From contig CAVQBK010000003.1 of NCBI GenBank assembly GCA_963710755.1, forward strand, positions 128,001 through 192,000: DNA of 64,000 nucleotides. Direction: 5' to 3'. The notes below the pieces were generated by a model. That model made no database searches and had not been told where the DNA came from. It saw nothing but the letters and a program-made list of their open reading frames with translations. Below, in pieces: positions 49,475 through 59,399 of this stretch. Position 1 is the first letter of the stretch. Every line of letters starts with the position of its first letter. Made by a program: the position numbers and the translations under genes. Source of the stretch: an uncultured bacterium (GTDB lineage Bacteria > Oederibacteriota > JAAXVQ01 > JAUVAV01).

Positions 49475-51913
49475 TTACTTAACAATCGCCAGTCGCTGCC
49501 GTTTCAGCCTCTTTTCTACATTGCCTATGCGCAGGATGATTTGATAGAAATAGATTCCCGGTGCTATTAGACCCGGCTGCCAGGTGGCATATGCTACTGG
49601 ATTTCCGACTTCAACTTGTGCAACTTTTTCCCCCGCCATATTATGAATGACAATTTTTACCTGATCCACGTCTTGTTCATTCCAGGTAAAAGTAATCTTA
49701 TCCCGACCGGGATTTGGATAAGCCAGGCCGTCTGGAGGAATATGGCCCGAGATGATAACGGTCATGGTCGGGGTAGGGGTAAGCATTACGGTAGGCGTCA
49801 TGGTGGTGGTCATACTTGGGGTTGGCGTTTTGGTTGCAGTGCTGGATAAGGGAACGGTTGAAGTTATAGTCGGGGTAACCGTTACCGATGGCGTGACGCT
49901 GGGTGTAGGGGTCACGGAAGCAGACGGCGTCGTGGTACTGCTCATGGTCAAGGTCGGGGTTATGGTGGACGTGGCCGACCTGCTGAAAGTTGGCGTCACC
50001 GTATTGCTGGGTGTGGGACTGGCGGTGGCCGTGACAGTGGCAGTTGGCGTCCATGTGTTGCTCGACGTAGGGGTGGGTATGGCGGTAATATAATCCACCA
50101 CCATGATGCCGGCATATTGATCTCCCACATAGGCCCGGTTCCCAACCAGCGTTATTGTCTCACTGTTGCCCGGTGTATCCAAGTTGTCGACTTGCTGGGG
50201 CGAAGACGGCAAGGAAACATCAAAAACCTCTATGCCCTTCGGCCCGTACCCCACAAATACCCGGTTATTGGCATACGCCAAGCCGTTGGCATACCATGTG
50301 GATATAAAAAATTGTCCTGTCTCCACAGGCACGGAGGGTGTGGTAACATTGACAATTCTCAGACCCTTTAAAAAATCCGCCATATAGGCATAGGTGGATG
50401 TTCCCCGGGACTCCACCACCACGTCCACGGCATACCCTCCGGCGACAAAATAATTACCCACGATCTGGGGATTGGATTTATTCTGGATATTGATTACCTG
50501 CAGCCCCTGAGCTTGATCTGCAACATAGGCATAATCACCTTGCACGGTGATCGCAAAAGCCGTACCCGGGGTATCCACCGCGCCTTCCTCAGAGGGACTG
50601 GTGGGCGTGGAAACATTGATAATCCGCATGCCGTAGGTACCATCGGCCACATAGGCATAAGAACCCACGACTTTCACGTCATAGCAAAGGCCGGTGGTAT
50701 TATAATTACCAGCCCATAGCGGATGATTCGGTGTTGAAACATCCAGAATCGTCAAGCCTTCCGTATCCGCTGCCACATAGGCGTATTGACCGCTGACGCT
50801 GACGGCCCAGGCCGTCCCGGTGGTATCAAAATAGCCGACTTCCATCGGCGCGGCGGGCACGGATATATCCAGAATCCGTAGCCCTGTGTCCAGATCCGCC
50901 ACATAGGCCGTATTGCCGTCTATGGCAATGCCGTTCGCTCTGGCAGGTGTGTTATAAAACCCTGCTTCCCCTGGGGAGGCCGGCGTGCTTATATCAATGA
51001 TTCTAAGTCCATAGGTGGTATCCGCCAAAAATACATACGCCCCGGCAACACAAAGCCCCCGGGCCGCACCGGGTAAATCGTATTGGCCGAGGCCGGCCAT
51101 GGCCGTGGGTGTGTTGATATCCAACAATTGCAGACCTTGTTGATCATTGGCTACACAGGCCATGGTATTGCTGATAAAAATCCCGTAGGCGTCCCCCAAT
51201 GTTGAAAAGCGATCCACATAAATAGGTGAGGAAGGTGTGCTTACGTCAATAGCATAAACGCCCATCGACCCTGCGGCAACATAGGCCATGGTTCCGTCCA
51301 CTTTCACATCATTGGCACTACTGGTATTGAAATCAGCCACTTCCACCGGATTGGTCTTATTGCTGATGTCAATCATTCTCAGTCTGCCGCCATCCGCCAC
51401 ATAAGCCCAGTCGCCCTGGACACACACATGCATGGCCGTGCCGGCAGTGTCGCAATCTCCCGCATAGGCCGGTGCAGCGGGCGCGGAAATATCCACAATA
51501 AACATGCCTTGATCCCCACAGGCCAGATAAGCATATAGCCCGTCAATAGCCACCCCCGAGGCCATACCACTGTTGATATTCTCAAAATGTCCGATTTCCA
51601 TTGGGGATGAAGGATCGCTGATATCAAGAATGCGAAGTCCCTTGTAGCCGTCCGCCACATAGGCATAAGACCCTGATATCTTGATGTCCTGGGCAGAGCC
51701 GGACGTGTCAAAATAGCCAACCTGGATCGGACTGGAGGGATTGGAAACATCCAGGATGGAGACCAGTCCATCGGCTGCACCATAAGCATAGTTGCCTTGC
51801 ACCGCCACGGCCTGTGGCAAGCCGCCCAGCATGTGGCCCACTTCCTGAAGTGCGGCAGCTCCCAGGGAGAGCCAATTTAACCATATCAACAGGCTCAAGA
51901 CAATCCGCTTCAT
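49475..51913 (-). CDS. LVIVD-repeat beta-propeller protein with Thr/Pro linker and T9SS type-A-like C-terminal domain
   Basis: About 14 repeats 'xVxGxYAYVADxxxGLRIxDISxPxxP'; (TPT)n linker; 'AYPNP...VIHNMAGEKV...APGIYFYQI...RLAIVK'. Confidence 0.92.
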   Translation of the reverse strand: MKRIVLSLLIWLNWLSLGAAALQEVGHMLGGLPQAVAVQGNYAYGAADGLVSILDVSNPSSPIQVGYFDTSGSAQDIKISGSYAYVADGYKGLRILDISDPSSPMEIGHFENINSGMASGVAIDGLYAYLACGDQGMFIVDISAPAAPAYAGDCDTAGTAMHVCVQGDWAYVADGGRLRMIDISNKTNPVEVADFNTSSANDVKVDGTMAYVAAGSMGVYAIDVSTPSSPIYVDRFSTLGDAYGIFISNTMACVANDQQGLQLLDINTPTAMAGLGQYDLPGAARGLCVAGAYVFLADTTYGLRIIDISTPASPGEAGFYNTPARANGIAIDGNTAYVADLDTGLRILDISVPAAPMEVGYFDTTGTAWAVSVSGQYAYVAADTEGLTILDVSTPNHPLWAGNYNTTGLCYDVKVVGSYAYVADGTYGMRIINVSTPTSPSEEGAVDTPGTAFAITVQGDYAYVADQAQGLQVINIQNKSNPQIVGNYFVAGGYAVDVVVESRGTSTYAYMADFLKGLRIVNVTTPSVPVETGQFFISTWYANGLAYANNRVFVGYGPKGIEVFDVSLPSSPQQVDNLDTPGNSETITLVGNRAYVGDQYAGIMVVDYITAIPTPTSSNTWTPTATVTATASPTPSNTVTPTFSRSATSTITPTLTMSSTTTPSASVTPTPSVTPSVTVTPTITSTVPLSSTATKTPTPSMTTTMTPTVMLTPTPTMTVIISGHIPPDGLAYPNPGRDKITFTWNEQDVDQVKIVIHNMAGEKVAQVEVGNPVAYATWQPGLIAPGIYFYQIILRIGNVEKRLKRQRLAIVK

Positions 51914-52099
51914 CCTACCCCCAACTAGTGGCCGATGCTCAAAAAAACCGGTTATTATTCAATTTCGATCAAATGGCTGCTAGACTTGAGTAAAATCCCG
52001 CCTTGATGGGCATTGTTGTGATGGCGCCCTGATTATGTCCAAAAAGTGCGGACACCTGCCTGGAAGAGCAATCCGTGCCGGCCACCGAATGAAATGATT

Positions 52100-53341
52100 T
52101 TAATGATTGTTCAAAGCGATTGGCGGGTGGTCTTTTTCTGACGGAGATGACACCTCGTTTGAGGGTTGATCGTGAAACGGACGCGCGAGATTAAACGGTG
52201 GCGTACTGCCCGGAACTTCCTTTCGCGGGCGTCCGTCATAAACATGCAAAACATGAATGGCTTTGGCCTTGATCAGGGCATAGATGGTGTCGCCCAATTT
52301 GAGGTTCATGCTGTTGCCTGCAGCCGGTGTTATCTCCGCCACCAGCGGGAATCCGCACTCCAGCGTGACAAAACAGGACTGGCCCTGACAGAATAGTTTT
52401 TCAATACGTCCCTGCAACTGGTTTTGGATGGAACTGGTGCATACCGGTTTGGCGGTAAGCGCAATTTCATCAGGATAAATGCACAAGCGTACCCTGGTGC
52501 CCGGTCGTATGGCCGGTGTCAACAGAGCAGCATTGGTTTTGAGCACGCCGCGGGTTGAGGTTGCCCTTGGACCGAAGAGATGGAGGTCTTCCTGCACAGC
52601 GTAATGGAAATGGCACAATTCGATCATGTTCAGATAATGCTTGGGCGAGATGAGATCCGGTGCTGATCCCTTCTCCACCATGTCAAGATAAGGTCCGGTG
52701 GTCACGATAGACCTGTCTTTGATCACCACCAGGGCGCTGGTCAGTTTGAGCATATCGTCCAGGTCATGGCTGATAATAAGCATGGGCAACTGAAACTGGT
52801 TATGGATTTTGAGCAGATAGGAAATGATCTGCATCCTTCTAGGTTTATCCAGATTGGAAAAGGGTTCGTCCAGCAGCAGCAGACGGGGCTGGGCAAGCAA
52901 GGCCCGGCCAATGGCCACCCGCTGCCTTTCCCCTCCGGAGAGTTGGAAACTTTTTTTATCCAGCAGCGCGTCAAGGTCCAACAATGCCGTGACGGCTTCA
53001 AAGGAGATCATCTGCCTCTCGCGCCGGACATAAGGCCGGCTGTAGTTCAGGTTTTGCCGGACCGTCAAATGAGGAAAAAGGTAATGGTCCTGAAACACCA
53101 CGCCCATGCGGCGCTGCTGAGCGGGCCTATTGACTTGCCGGCTGTGATCAAATAAAACCGTATCGTCAAAAGCCAGCAGTCCTGATTGAGGCCTCACCAC
53201 TCCGCAAATCATATTGATCAAAGTAGTTTTACCCGCCCCGGACGGCCCGAAGATGCCGGTAATGCCTTTTTCTATTTCAGCATGGTAATGAAAATAGAGG
53301 CCATTAACCTGATAGCAAAGGTGATCAAGCAGCAGACTCAT
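52100..53341 (-). CDS. modC: Molybdate ABC transporter ATP-binding protein
   Basis: GPSGAGKTT, LSGGERQRVAIGRAL, LLLDEP, C-terminal TOBE 'SSIQNQLQG'; start set to ATG 53341. Confidence 0.95.
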   Translation of the reverse strand: MSLLLDHLCYQVNGLYFHYHAEIEKGITGIFGPSGAGKTTLINMICGVVRPQSGLLAFDDTVLFDHSRQVNRPAQQRRMGVVFQDHYLFPHLTVRQNLNYSRPYVRRERQMISFEAVTALLDLDALLDKKSFQLSGGERQRVAIGRALLAQPRLLLLDEPFSNLDKPRRMQIISYLLKIHNQFQLPMLIISHDLDDMLKLTSALVVIKDRSIVTTGPYLDMVEKGSAPDLISPKHYLNMIELCHFHYAVQEDLHLFGPRATSTRGVLKTNAALLTPAIRPGTRVRLCIYPDEIALTAKPVCTSSIQNQLQGRIEKLFCQGQSCFVTLECGFPLVAEITPAAGNSMNLKLGDTIYALIKAKAIHVLHVYDGRPRKEVPGSTPPFNLARPFHDQPSNEVSSPSEKDHPPIALNNH

Positions 53342-54026
53342 TTTTAAGATACGCTCCTTTCCTGGCGGTCCACTCGGAAGCAGCCATGGCCCCAAAGGAA
53401 AGCAACAGGGAGACCACCACCAACCTGGTCACTGCCGCTTCCATGCCCGGGAGCTGCATATTGGCGTAAACCATGAGGGCCAGGGTCTGGGTCTTGCCCG
53501 GGATATTACCGGCCAGCGTGATGGTGGCTCCGAATTCACCGAGGCTGCGGGCAAAAGACAGCACGGCCGCGCTCATCAATCCGGGCCAGGCCATGGGTAG
53601 ACTGATCCGGAAAAAGGTATGCATTGGTGAAGCTCCCAACGTACGGGACACTTTTTCGTAGGTCCGGTCAACCAGCTCAAAAGCCGACCGCATGGAGCGC
53701 ACGGCTAAGGGCAAAGAGACCACCACGGACGCCATGATCAGGGCCGCAAAATTCAAGGTCAGCCTGAGACCCAGGGTTTGGTACAGCCAGTGGCCAAGCA
53801 ATCCGTTTTTACCGAGCAGCAACAGGAGCACATATCCTGTAATCACCGGCGGCGCCACCAGGGGAAAGGACACCAGCGCCTCCAGCAGCGGCTTGGCGGG
53901 CATTGGTTTCCTGGCCAGCATCCACCCCAGGCCTACGGCCAAAGGCAAAGTGATGAGTGTGCTCACCAGGGCCACCCTGACGGTTAAACCGATGACACTC
54001 CATTCCATGGCGGTCATGATCATCAC
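53325..54026 (-). CDS. modB: Molybdate ABC transporter permease
   Basis: 'PLVAPPVITGY', 'FARSLGEFGAT..LAGNIPGKTQT'. Confidence 0.96.
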   Translation of the reverse strand: MMIMTAMEWSVIGLTVRVALVSTLITLPLAVGLGWMLARKPMPAKPLLEALVSFPLVAPPVITGYVLLLLLGKNGLLGHWLYQTLGLRLTLNFAALIMASVVVSLPLAVRSMRSAFELVDRTYEKVSRTLGASPMHTFFRISLPMAWPGLMSAAVLSFARSLGEFGATITLAGNIPGKTQTLALMVYANMQLPGMEAAVTRLVVVSLLLSFGAMAASEWTARKGAYLKNESAA

Positions 54027-54838
54027 TCCTTGTTAAAAATCGTGAAGCCGTTGTGAGCCAGCACCCTACGGCCGGTGCTGCCCAGAAACATGTCGGTGAA
54101 GACCTGCCCCTCTTTTTTCCCCGCCTTAAGCTTGGCCATATAAAAAACGATGGGCTCATGCAGCTGATCCGGAATGAAGGCAAGGATTTTCACCTTGCTG
54201 GACCGGAAGGCTTCTGTATAGTAAACAATCCCCCAATCGCACTCGGCCAGCTCCACATAATGGAGTACAGCCGACACATCCTTGGCCATGATCGTCCGGC
54301 CTTTAAGCTTATCGAGCCATCCCAGTTGTGACAACACCTGCTGCGTGTAATTACCTACCGGTACATAGGTAGGATCACCGAGGGCAATTTTATCGAGCGT
54401 GATGGATAGAATATCAAAAGCCTTTGAAAAAACAGGCGCCGGAATGGTACTGCTCATGGGCGTTATCATAGCCAGCCTGGTGCCGGCCAAGGCATGTACC
54501 GCCTCAGCGGCCAGCAGGCCTTTGGCCTCCAGATAGTCGACCCATTGGCTGTTGGCGGAAATAAAGACATCGCATTCCGCGCCATTGTCGATCTGCCGGG
54601 CCAGGGTGCCTGAGGAGGCATAGTTCTGCAGGACCCGGCAAGGCTGTTGTTTTTCAAATTGTTGACAAAGCTCTTCCGTGGCCGGCCTGATGCCGGCCGC
54701 AGCAAAAATAGTGATGGGCTGGTGATGGTCCCTCCCCTCTTGGGCAACCGCCGAAGGAACCGGCAGAGACATGATGAACACCAGCATGACGGCCAGGTTG
54801 AGAAAAAGTCGGTCTGACAGTTTGCTTCTCTTGTTCAT
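54023..54838 (-). CDS. modA: Molybdate ABC transporter substrate-binding protein
   Basis: 'IFAAAG', 'ASSGTLARQI..GA..DVFISAN', 'GDP.YVPVGNY'. Confidence 0.95.
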   Translation of the reverse strand: MNKRSKLSDRLFLNLAVMLVFIMSLPVPSAVAQEGRDHHQPITIFAAAGIRPATEELCQQFEKQQPCRVLQNYASSGTLARQIDNGAECDVFISANSQWVDYLEAKGLLAAEAVHALAGTRLAMITPMSSTIPAPVFSKAFDILSITLDKIALGDPTYVPVGNYTQQVLSQLGWLDKLKGRTIMAKDVSAVLHYVELAECDWGIVYYTEAFRSSKVKILAFIPDQLHEPIVFYMAKLKAGKKEGQVFTDMFLGSTGRRVLAHNGFTIFNKE

Positions 54839-54893
54839 GGACAGGCTTCCTTAATTAAACCTTTATTTAAAAACCTATAGCAGTATTATTAGA

Positions 54894-54910
54894 AGCATGC
54901 GCCGTGCCAA
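54894..54910 (-). promoter_or_regulatory. Candidate sigma54 (-24/-12) promoter for modABC
   Basis: TTGGCACGGCGCATGCT with GG-N10-GC spacing, 56 bp upstream of modA. Confidence 0.6.
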
Positions 54911-55079
54911 TCTTTTAGTATCCTTTGAAAAACGGTACCCAAGATGAAAAAGATTTAAAAATAGGATCATAATGGACTAAGCAAGGATGGTGGTTTAGCG
55001 TTCCCCTGAGTGAATCCTACTTAAATGTAGAAAATAGTGAGATTTATATCGGAAGTGTTATTTACAAAAGGCTTAACCT

Positions 55080-55345
55080 AAGTGGCCGGTGACAACACCC
55101 TGTCTCTTTTGGAGAAAATTAAATTACCCTGCATCTTGGTGATGGAAAGTGAAAAAATCACTGCGGCAATATTAATGAAGGCACCATTGCGCAGCTGACC
55201 CCGGACATGGTAAATACTGAAGTAGCGTTGCAGCGGTCTCAGGGCCGAAGCCGTTGGGCTGTCAGCACTGCGCGAGGGTGCGGAATACTTGGGGTTGGCG
55301 GTGGGTGCGATTTTTTAAACCGCGTCCATTATTATAGACGTAGGA
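55080..55345 (+). pseudogene. Remnant of a TOBE/Mop (molbindin, ModE/ModG-like) gene divergent from modA
   Basis: 'NINEGTIAQLTPDMVNTEVALQ...AVST...LG' then frameshifted 'F.TASIII' follow the TOBE pattern N..GTI..I..G.VN.EV...FKAS.VIL. Confidence 0.55.
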
Positions 55346-55446
55346 AAAAGCTCTGCGCCTCAACCTTTAAAAACCACGAGTCTGTGTCACCCTGGGATGG
55401 CGATCAAAACAGACTATTACGACACCGTCTCCCTTAGGAGGGTAAG

Positions 55447-55842
55447 TTGAAAACCAGACGACCTGTTCCTCAAGCAGTGGTCTACCTGTTCTTCGTAATC
55501 GGCTTAATTTCCGCAACCGCTTTTCGTCTGTTGATTGTGTTCAAATACCTTTCGCCCCACTTGTTCCGGCCGGTCTGGTACCTGGGGGTCATCGGCTATC
55601 TGGCGTTCTTTCTCTACCGCTTTATTATTACCGAGCGGCGGCGCCATGCTATTTTGGACAGCGGCCTGATTGCCAAGTTATCGGCCGGCAAAACCCTCGA
55701 GCAAGCGGATAAAGAAAACGCCCTTTATCTTTTAAAAAGCGTCATCGCTTCCCGGGAAAACTGGAATTATCTGGCCATCTTTATCCTGTCGCTCATCGCC
55801 ATCGTGATGGATATTATCCTGGCCTCCGTTACCGGCCATTAG
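55447..55842 (+). CDS. Small three-TM membrane protein of unknown function
   Basis: AGGAGG RBS, TTG start, three hydrophobic segments. Confidence 0.75.
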   Translation: MKTRRPVPQAVVYLFFVIGLISATAFRLLIVFKYLSPHLFRPVWYLGVIGYLAFFLYRFIITERRRHAILDSGLIAKLSAGKTLEQADKENALYLLKSVIASRENWNYLAIFILSLIAIVMDIILASVTGH

Positions 55843-55876
55843 CCGTCCTTCCGCATGACCTTGGCTTTAACCGCAA

Positions 55877-56542
55877 TCATAAGCTGTTGCTTCTGGCCAA
55901 GAGCTCTCTCAGTGCGTCAGCAGCAATCCACTTGGCGCTTGTGGCGGGCAATTTTGCAATTTCCCGGGCGGTCTTAATGGCCACCTTGTTTAAAGACCGG
56001 TTGCGTTTGCCTAATTGACGCAGCGCCCAATTGACCGCTTTTTTTACAAAATTTCGGTCATCGTCGGCGCCTTGGATAATCAGAGGAAAGAAAGGCATTA
56101 ACTTGCTGTCCGGCGCTGCTTTGTCATGGACAGCCAAACAGGCCATCAACACATACCCGGCCCGTTTAGTAAATTCATGCGTCCTGCTGGTCCAGGCCTT
56201 GGCCTTGCCATAGGCCAAGGGGGTTTTATCAAATAAATTACTGCAGACCTGATCGCAGATATCCCAGCTGTCAAAGGCTTTGACCCAGGCCTCCATTTGG
56301 CCGGCAGTGACTTTGCCGGCTTCATCAATAAAAGCTGCCAGCAGCCGTGCTTCATGAATTTCCGATGCCCACAGGTCCAGGGCCAAGTCATGTTGCTTGC
56401 CCAACTGTTTGGCCATTTGCCGTAAAAAGAGAATATTAACGCCCAGGGTATTTCTGGGATTGATCCCACAGCGCGCCATGCCCTCAACATTTTTGGGATT
56501 GGCCTGAGCTTTCAGTTGCCTGATGATCTGCTGTGCCTTCAT
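55877..56542 (-). CDS. DNA alkylation repair protein (AlkD-like HEAT repeat)
   Basis: Start set to ATG 56542; 'LWASEIHEAR', 'FDSWDICD', 'DDRNFVKKAVNWALRQLGKRN'. Confidence 0.9.
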   Translation of the reverse strand: MKAQQIIRQLKAQANPKNVEGMARCGINPRNTLGVNILFLRQMAKQLGKQHDLALDLWASEIHEARLLAAFIDEAGKVTAGQMEAWVKAFDSWDICDQVCSNLFDKTPLAYGKAKAWTSRTHEFTKRAGYVLMACLAVHDKAAPDSKLMPFFPLIIQGADDDRNFVKKAVNWALRQLGKRNRSLNKVAIKTAREIAKLPATSAKWIAADALRELLARSNSL

Positions 56543-56678
56543 CCCCGGCACCTCTTTTCTATATAGGTTCTGTTGAGGATCGGATGTTGATTGCCTGAAG
56601 TTTCGGAGGGCAAGTGGCCGTCCTCTACAGCCTTTTTTCAAGGCCACCTCAGGACCGCCATAATACCATGCCCGTCTT

Positions 56679-57572
56679 TTAGCCAAAGAGCCCCAACGCG
56701 CCCAGCAAGGCCGAGGGCCGCAGAGACTGAATGGCGGCCAGTTCGGGAATAATGCCATACCCGCATTGCTCGCACACTTCAGGATACTGCCTGCCCCAGC
56801 AGCATTCAAACACCTGATCCTGCTCCATGAGCTGAATCATGAATACCGGCCGTTGGTAGCGTCCTGTCGCCAGGGCTTTAAGACCGGCCATGGAATTGAG
56901 TATGCGCAGGCCCTGACGTTTGAGGTCCATCACCTTGTGCAGCACTTCTTGTCTTTGGCTGCGGCTGAGGGCCAGGTCTTCCACACCGGGATAAGGCGTG
57001 TGCAGATTAACCGAGATGCCGCGAATGCGGGGTTCCCGGCTCATGGTGCGGATAAAGTCTTCCACCACTTCCTGGTTGTCGCGATTGACCGTAATGTTGA
57101 CGCGCAGGTTGGGATGATGGGAATTGCGGATATGGTGAAGCGTTTTTTGGAAGCTGCCCTGGCCGCGGATGGCATCATGCTCTTTTTCCAAGCCGTCCAG
57201 ACTGACCCAGACCGCATCCGCATCGAGCTCAATGGGAAAAGTGCCATTGGTCACCACGGCCACCCGGAAAAAGCCCATAGCCCGGGCCGCGCGAATCACG
57301 TCATGAATCGTCAGCTCCCCATCGGACCAGGTAAAAATCTCGCCGCCCTGCAAATAGAGAATGCGCGCACCGCGCTGGTACACCAGTTGGAAAATCTCCA
57401 TCAGTCGTGTAAAGGCATAAGGCCCGTGACCCTGGTTGGCCACCACACAATGGCGGCACTCCAGATTACACTCATCGGTGAGGGCGACGCCCGCCACCAG
57501 GGGCTTGTGTTGCCGCAGCACCAAAGCTGTAAGGCCGTAGTATATATAATAGGAAAGCTCTTTGATCGTCAT
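56679..57572 (-). CDS. Radical SAM protein
   Basis: CNLECRHC motif, QGGE, 'VTNGT', 'VSLDG...HDAIRG', C-terminal CC..C..C cluster. Confidence 0.92.
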   Translation of the reverse strand: MTIKELSYYIYYGLTALVLRQHKPLVAGVALTDECNLECRHCVVANQGHGPYAFTRLMEIFQLVYQRGARILYLQGGEIFTWSDGELTIHDVIRAARAMGFFRVAVVTNGTFPIELDADAVWVSLDGLEKEHDAIRGQGSFQKTLHHIRNSHHPNLRVNITVNRDNQEVVEDFIRTMSREPRIRGISVNLHTPYPGVEDLALSRSQRQEVLHKVMDLKRQGLRILNSMAGLKALATGRYQRPVFMIQLMEQDQVFECCWGRQYPEVCEQCGYGIIPELAAIQSLRPSALLGALGLFG

Positions 57573-57682
57573 GCTCTGACCTCAAGGTAAATTCAGCGCT
57601 ATCATGGTACTGGTTCCAAAGTTATAAATCAAGGCCTCAACGCTAGCAGTCGGATGGAGAGCACGCCGGCATCACTATTTTA

Positions 57683-57735
57683 GTTTGAGTTCAAACATTT
57701 CTGGTCTTGACATTGGTTTGTGTCCAAACTATTAT
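57683..57735 (+). promoter_or_regulatory. marR promoter overlapped by two operator palindromes
   Basis: TTGACA(57707)-N17-TATTAT(57730); GTTTG-N4-CAAAC at 57683-57696 and 57716-57729. Confidence 0.8.
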
Positions 57736-57741
57736 ACCGTC

Positions 57742-58158
57742 ATGACCACTCCATTTCTAATGCCCCTGCTCTCCCGCCTGCAAGCCCAACTGGCTCGCCG
57801 CCTCACGGCCGGTCTGGCTGCTCAAGACCTGGCGCTTCTGGCGCCGGCTCATGTGGATCTGCTGCTGCAGCTGTCCCAAGAAGACATGACCATGAAACAA
57901 CTGGCTCAAGCCATTGGCCGCGACAAGTCCACGCTCACCCCGCTTATGGAAAAATTAATCCATTGGGGTTATGTAATCCGGCTGCAGGACAGTAAGGACA
58001 AGCGGATCTTCAATGTGTCCATCACCCAGCAAGGCTTAAAACTGATCCCCAAACTCAAAGCCCTGCTGGCCTCATTGGAAGAGGACCACAGCCGCATCCT
58101 CAGCCCCTCTGAAAAAACCACGCTTATTAAATTGCTGGACAAATTAAATCAAAACTGA
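57742..58158 (+). CDS. MarR-family regulator, probably leaderless
   Basis: 'MTMKQLAQAIGRDKSTLT.LMEKL..GYV.R..DSKDKR'; ATG 7 nt after the -10 box, no RBS. Confidence 0.9.
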   Translation: MTTPFLMPLLSRLQAQLARRLTAGLAAQDLALLAPAHVDLLLQLSQEDMTMKQLAQAIGRDKSTLTPLMEKLIHWGYVIRLQDSKDKRIFNVSITQQGLKLIPKLKALLASLEEDHSRILSPSEKTTLIKLLDKLNQN

Positions 58159-58172
58159 TGTTCTTGATTTTA

Positions 58173-58287
58173 ATTTGAACACAAACTTTCAAATTCTGCC
58201 TGCCTATTGATTGATGTTCATTCATATAGTTTGACTCCAAACGTCGTCGTTTTTGTGCCTCAACTTGTTTATTGTTTGATATCAAAC
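58173..58287. promoter_or_regulatory. Three further MarR-type operator palindromes
   Basis: ATTTG-AACA-CAAAC 58173, GTTTG-ACTC-CAAAC 58229, GTTTG-ATAT-CAAAC 58274. Confidence 0.75.
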
Positions 58288-58449
58288 TTATAGCGTTTGG
58301 CCTGTTGGCGTATGGTTAGCTGGACAAGCCCATGCGTTATTCCACACTCGGAAAAATCAGTCACACAAAGAAATTTATAAGGCCTTATTTTTAAAAAAGT
58401 GTCTAACCAGAGCCAAGATCAAAATCTTATTTTTGTGGAGGTGCCGATC

Positions 58450-59319
58450 ATGAGGAAGAGAATCTGTTTCGGATGGATGATGGTTGTGGGCGTCATGTCC
58501 CTGCCTATGCTTGTGGCCGCGGAACCGATTTCATTTGAGCAGGCTGCCAATGTGACGGGCAAGGGTGGGATTGAAGCAGGTATTGATTACAGTTATGCTT
58601 ACCAAAAAATCGAGCAGAACGGCATTGTTTTAAACGAAAAAACCTTGGCGGACATGCCCTTATTTGTCCGTGTTGGTCTTCCGGTATTGGAAGCCAAAGT
58701 GTCGCTTCCTTTCGGCAATTTAAAATCAAACATTCCCAACTTAAAAGAAAATAACTTTCAAGGTCTGCAGGACATAGGCGTGCAGGTCAAAACCGGATTG
58801 CTTGCCTTACCGGCCTTCAATCTGGCCTTGGGCGTAAGCACTGTGTTTCCGACTACTGATGCCCAGAAGTATGTGGCCTCAGGCATGGACCTCTTTCCTT
58901 TTGCAGCGGCTGATCTCGACCTCGCACTGGTCAAACTCTATGCTAACCTGGGCTATGAATACCGGGGTGAATACAACAGCACCGATCCTACCGGTGACAC
59001 GGTCAAAATAAATCCCGGCGATGCCATCAGATACGCTCTGGGCGCCGAACTACCGCTCAACGAAGGGTTGTCTTTACATGCTGAGTTATTGGCCAATGCT
59101 TATCGCGCCGCTACGGCCTCGGGCCTGGAGATTCCCGATTCCTCGGTGACCACCTACACCTTTGTTCCCGGCATCCGGATGCGCACGGGACCGCTTAAAC
59201 TGAAATTAGGCTATGAAATTCCCTTGGAGAAAAAAGATACGCGCGACAAGATCGGCAATGTAGCGCCTACCGCCGATTGGCGCGTGCTGGCAGGTGCCAG
59301 CCTGCAATTCTCGATGTAA
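58450..59319 (+). CDS. Outer-membrane beta-barrel, 'transporter'/phenol-MetA-degradation-like family
   Basis: GGAGG RBS, signal peptide, 'EQA.VTGKGGIEAG', 'GLQDIGVQVK', 'YANLGYEY'. Confidence 0.7.
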   Translation: MRKRICFGWMMVVGVMSLPMLVAAEPISFEQAANVTGKGGIEAGIDYSYAYQKIEQNGIVLNEKTLADMPLFVRVGLPVLEAKVSLPFGNLKSNIPNLKENNFQGLQDIGVQVKTGLLALPAFNLALGVSTVFPTTDAQKYVASGMDLFPFAAADLDLALVKLYANLGYEYRGEYNSTDPTGDTVKINPGDAIRYALGAELPLNEGLSLHAELLANAYRAATASGLEIPDSSVTTYTFVPGIRMRTGPLKLKLGYEIPLEKKDTRDKIGNVAPTADWRVLAGASLQFSM

Positions 59320-59339
59320 TGGCCTGACGCCACTGCAGG

Positions 59340-59399
59340 AGGGCGGGCCCTTACTTCCCGAGGAGTAACCGTGGGAAGGGGGACCCGCCTTTCTTTATT
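59340..59399 (+). terminator. Probable terminator hairpin
   Basis: AGGGCGGG...CCCGCCTTTCTTTATT. Confidence 0.5.

Noticed and set aside
49750-50090. Tandem repeat or CRISPR-like array
   Set aside because: It is the coding Thr/Pro/Ser linker of the LVIVD protein; no identical repeats with unique spacers were seen anywhere in the window
55060-55120. Moco riboswitch near modA (CCTAAG..GGCCG..TTGGAG)
   Set aside because: On the strand opposite modA, lacks the GAAAC/GCCTCC core, and is better explained as part of the TOBE remnant
40404-57590. Long antisense ORFs (40404-41138, 43133-43924, 56766-57590; also 19821-20759)
   Set aside because: Shadows of well-supported genes on the opposite strand with no recognisable motifs
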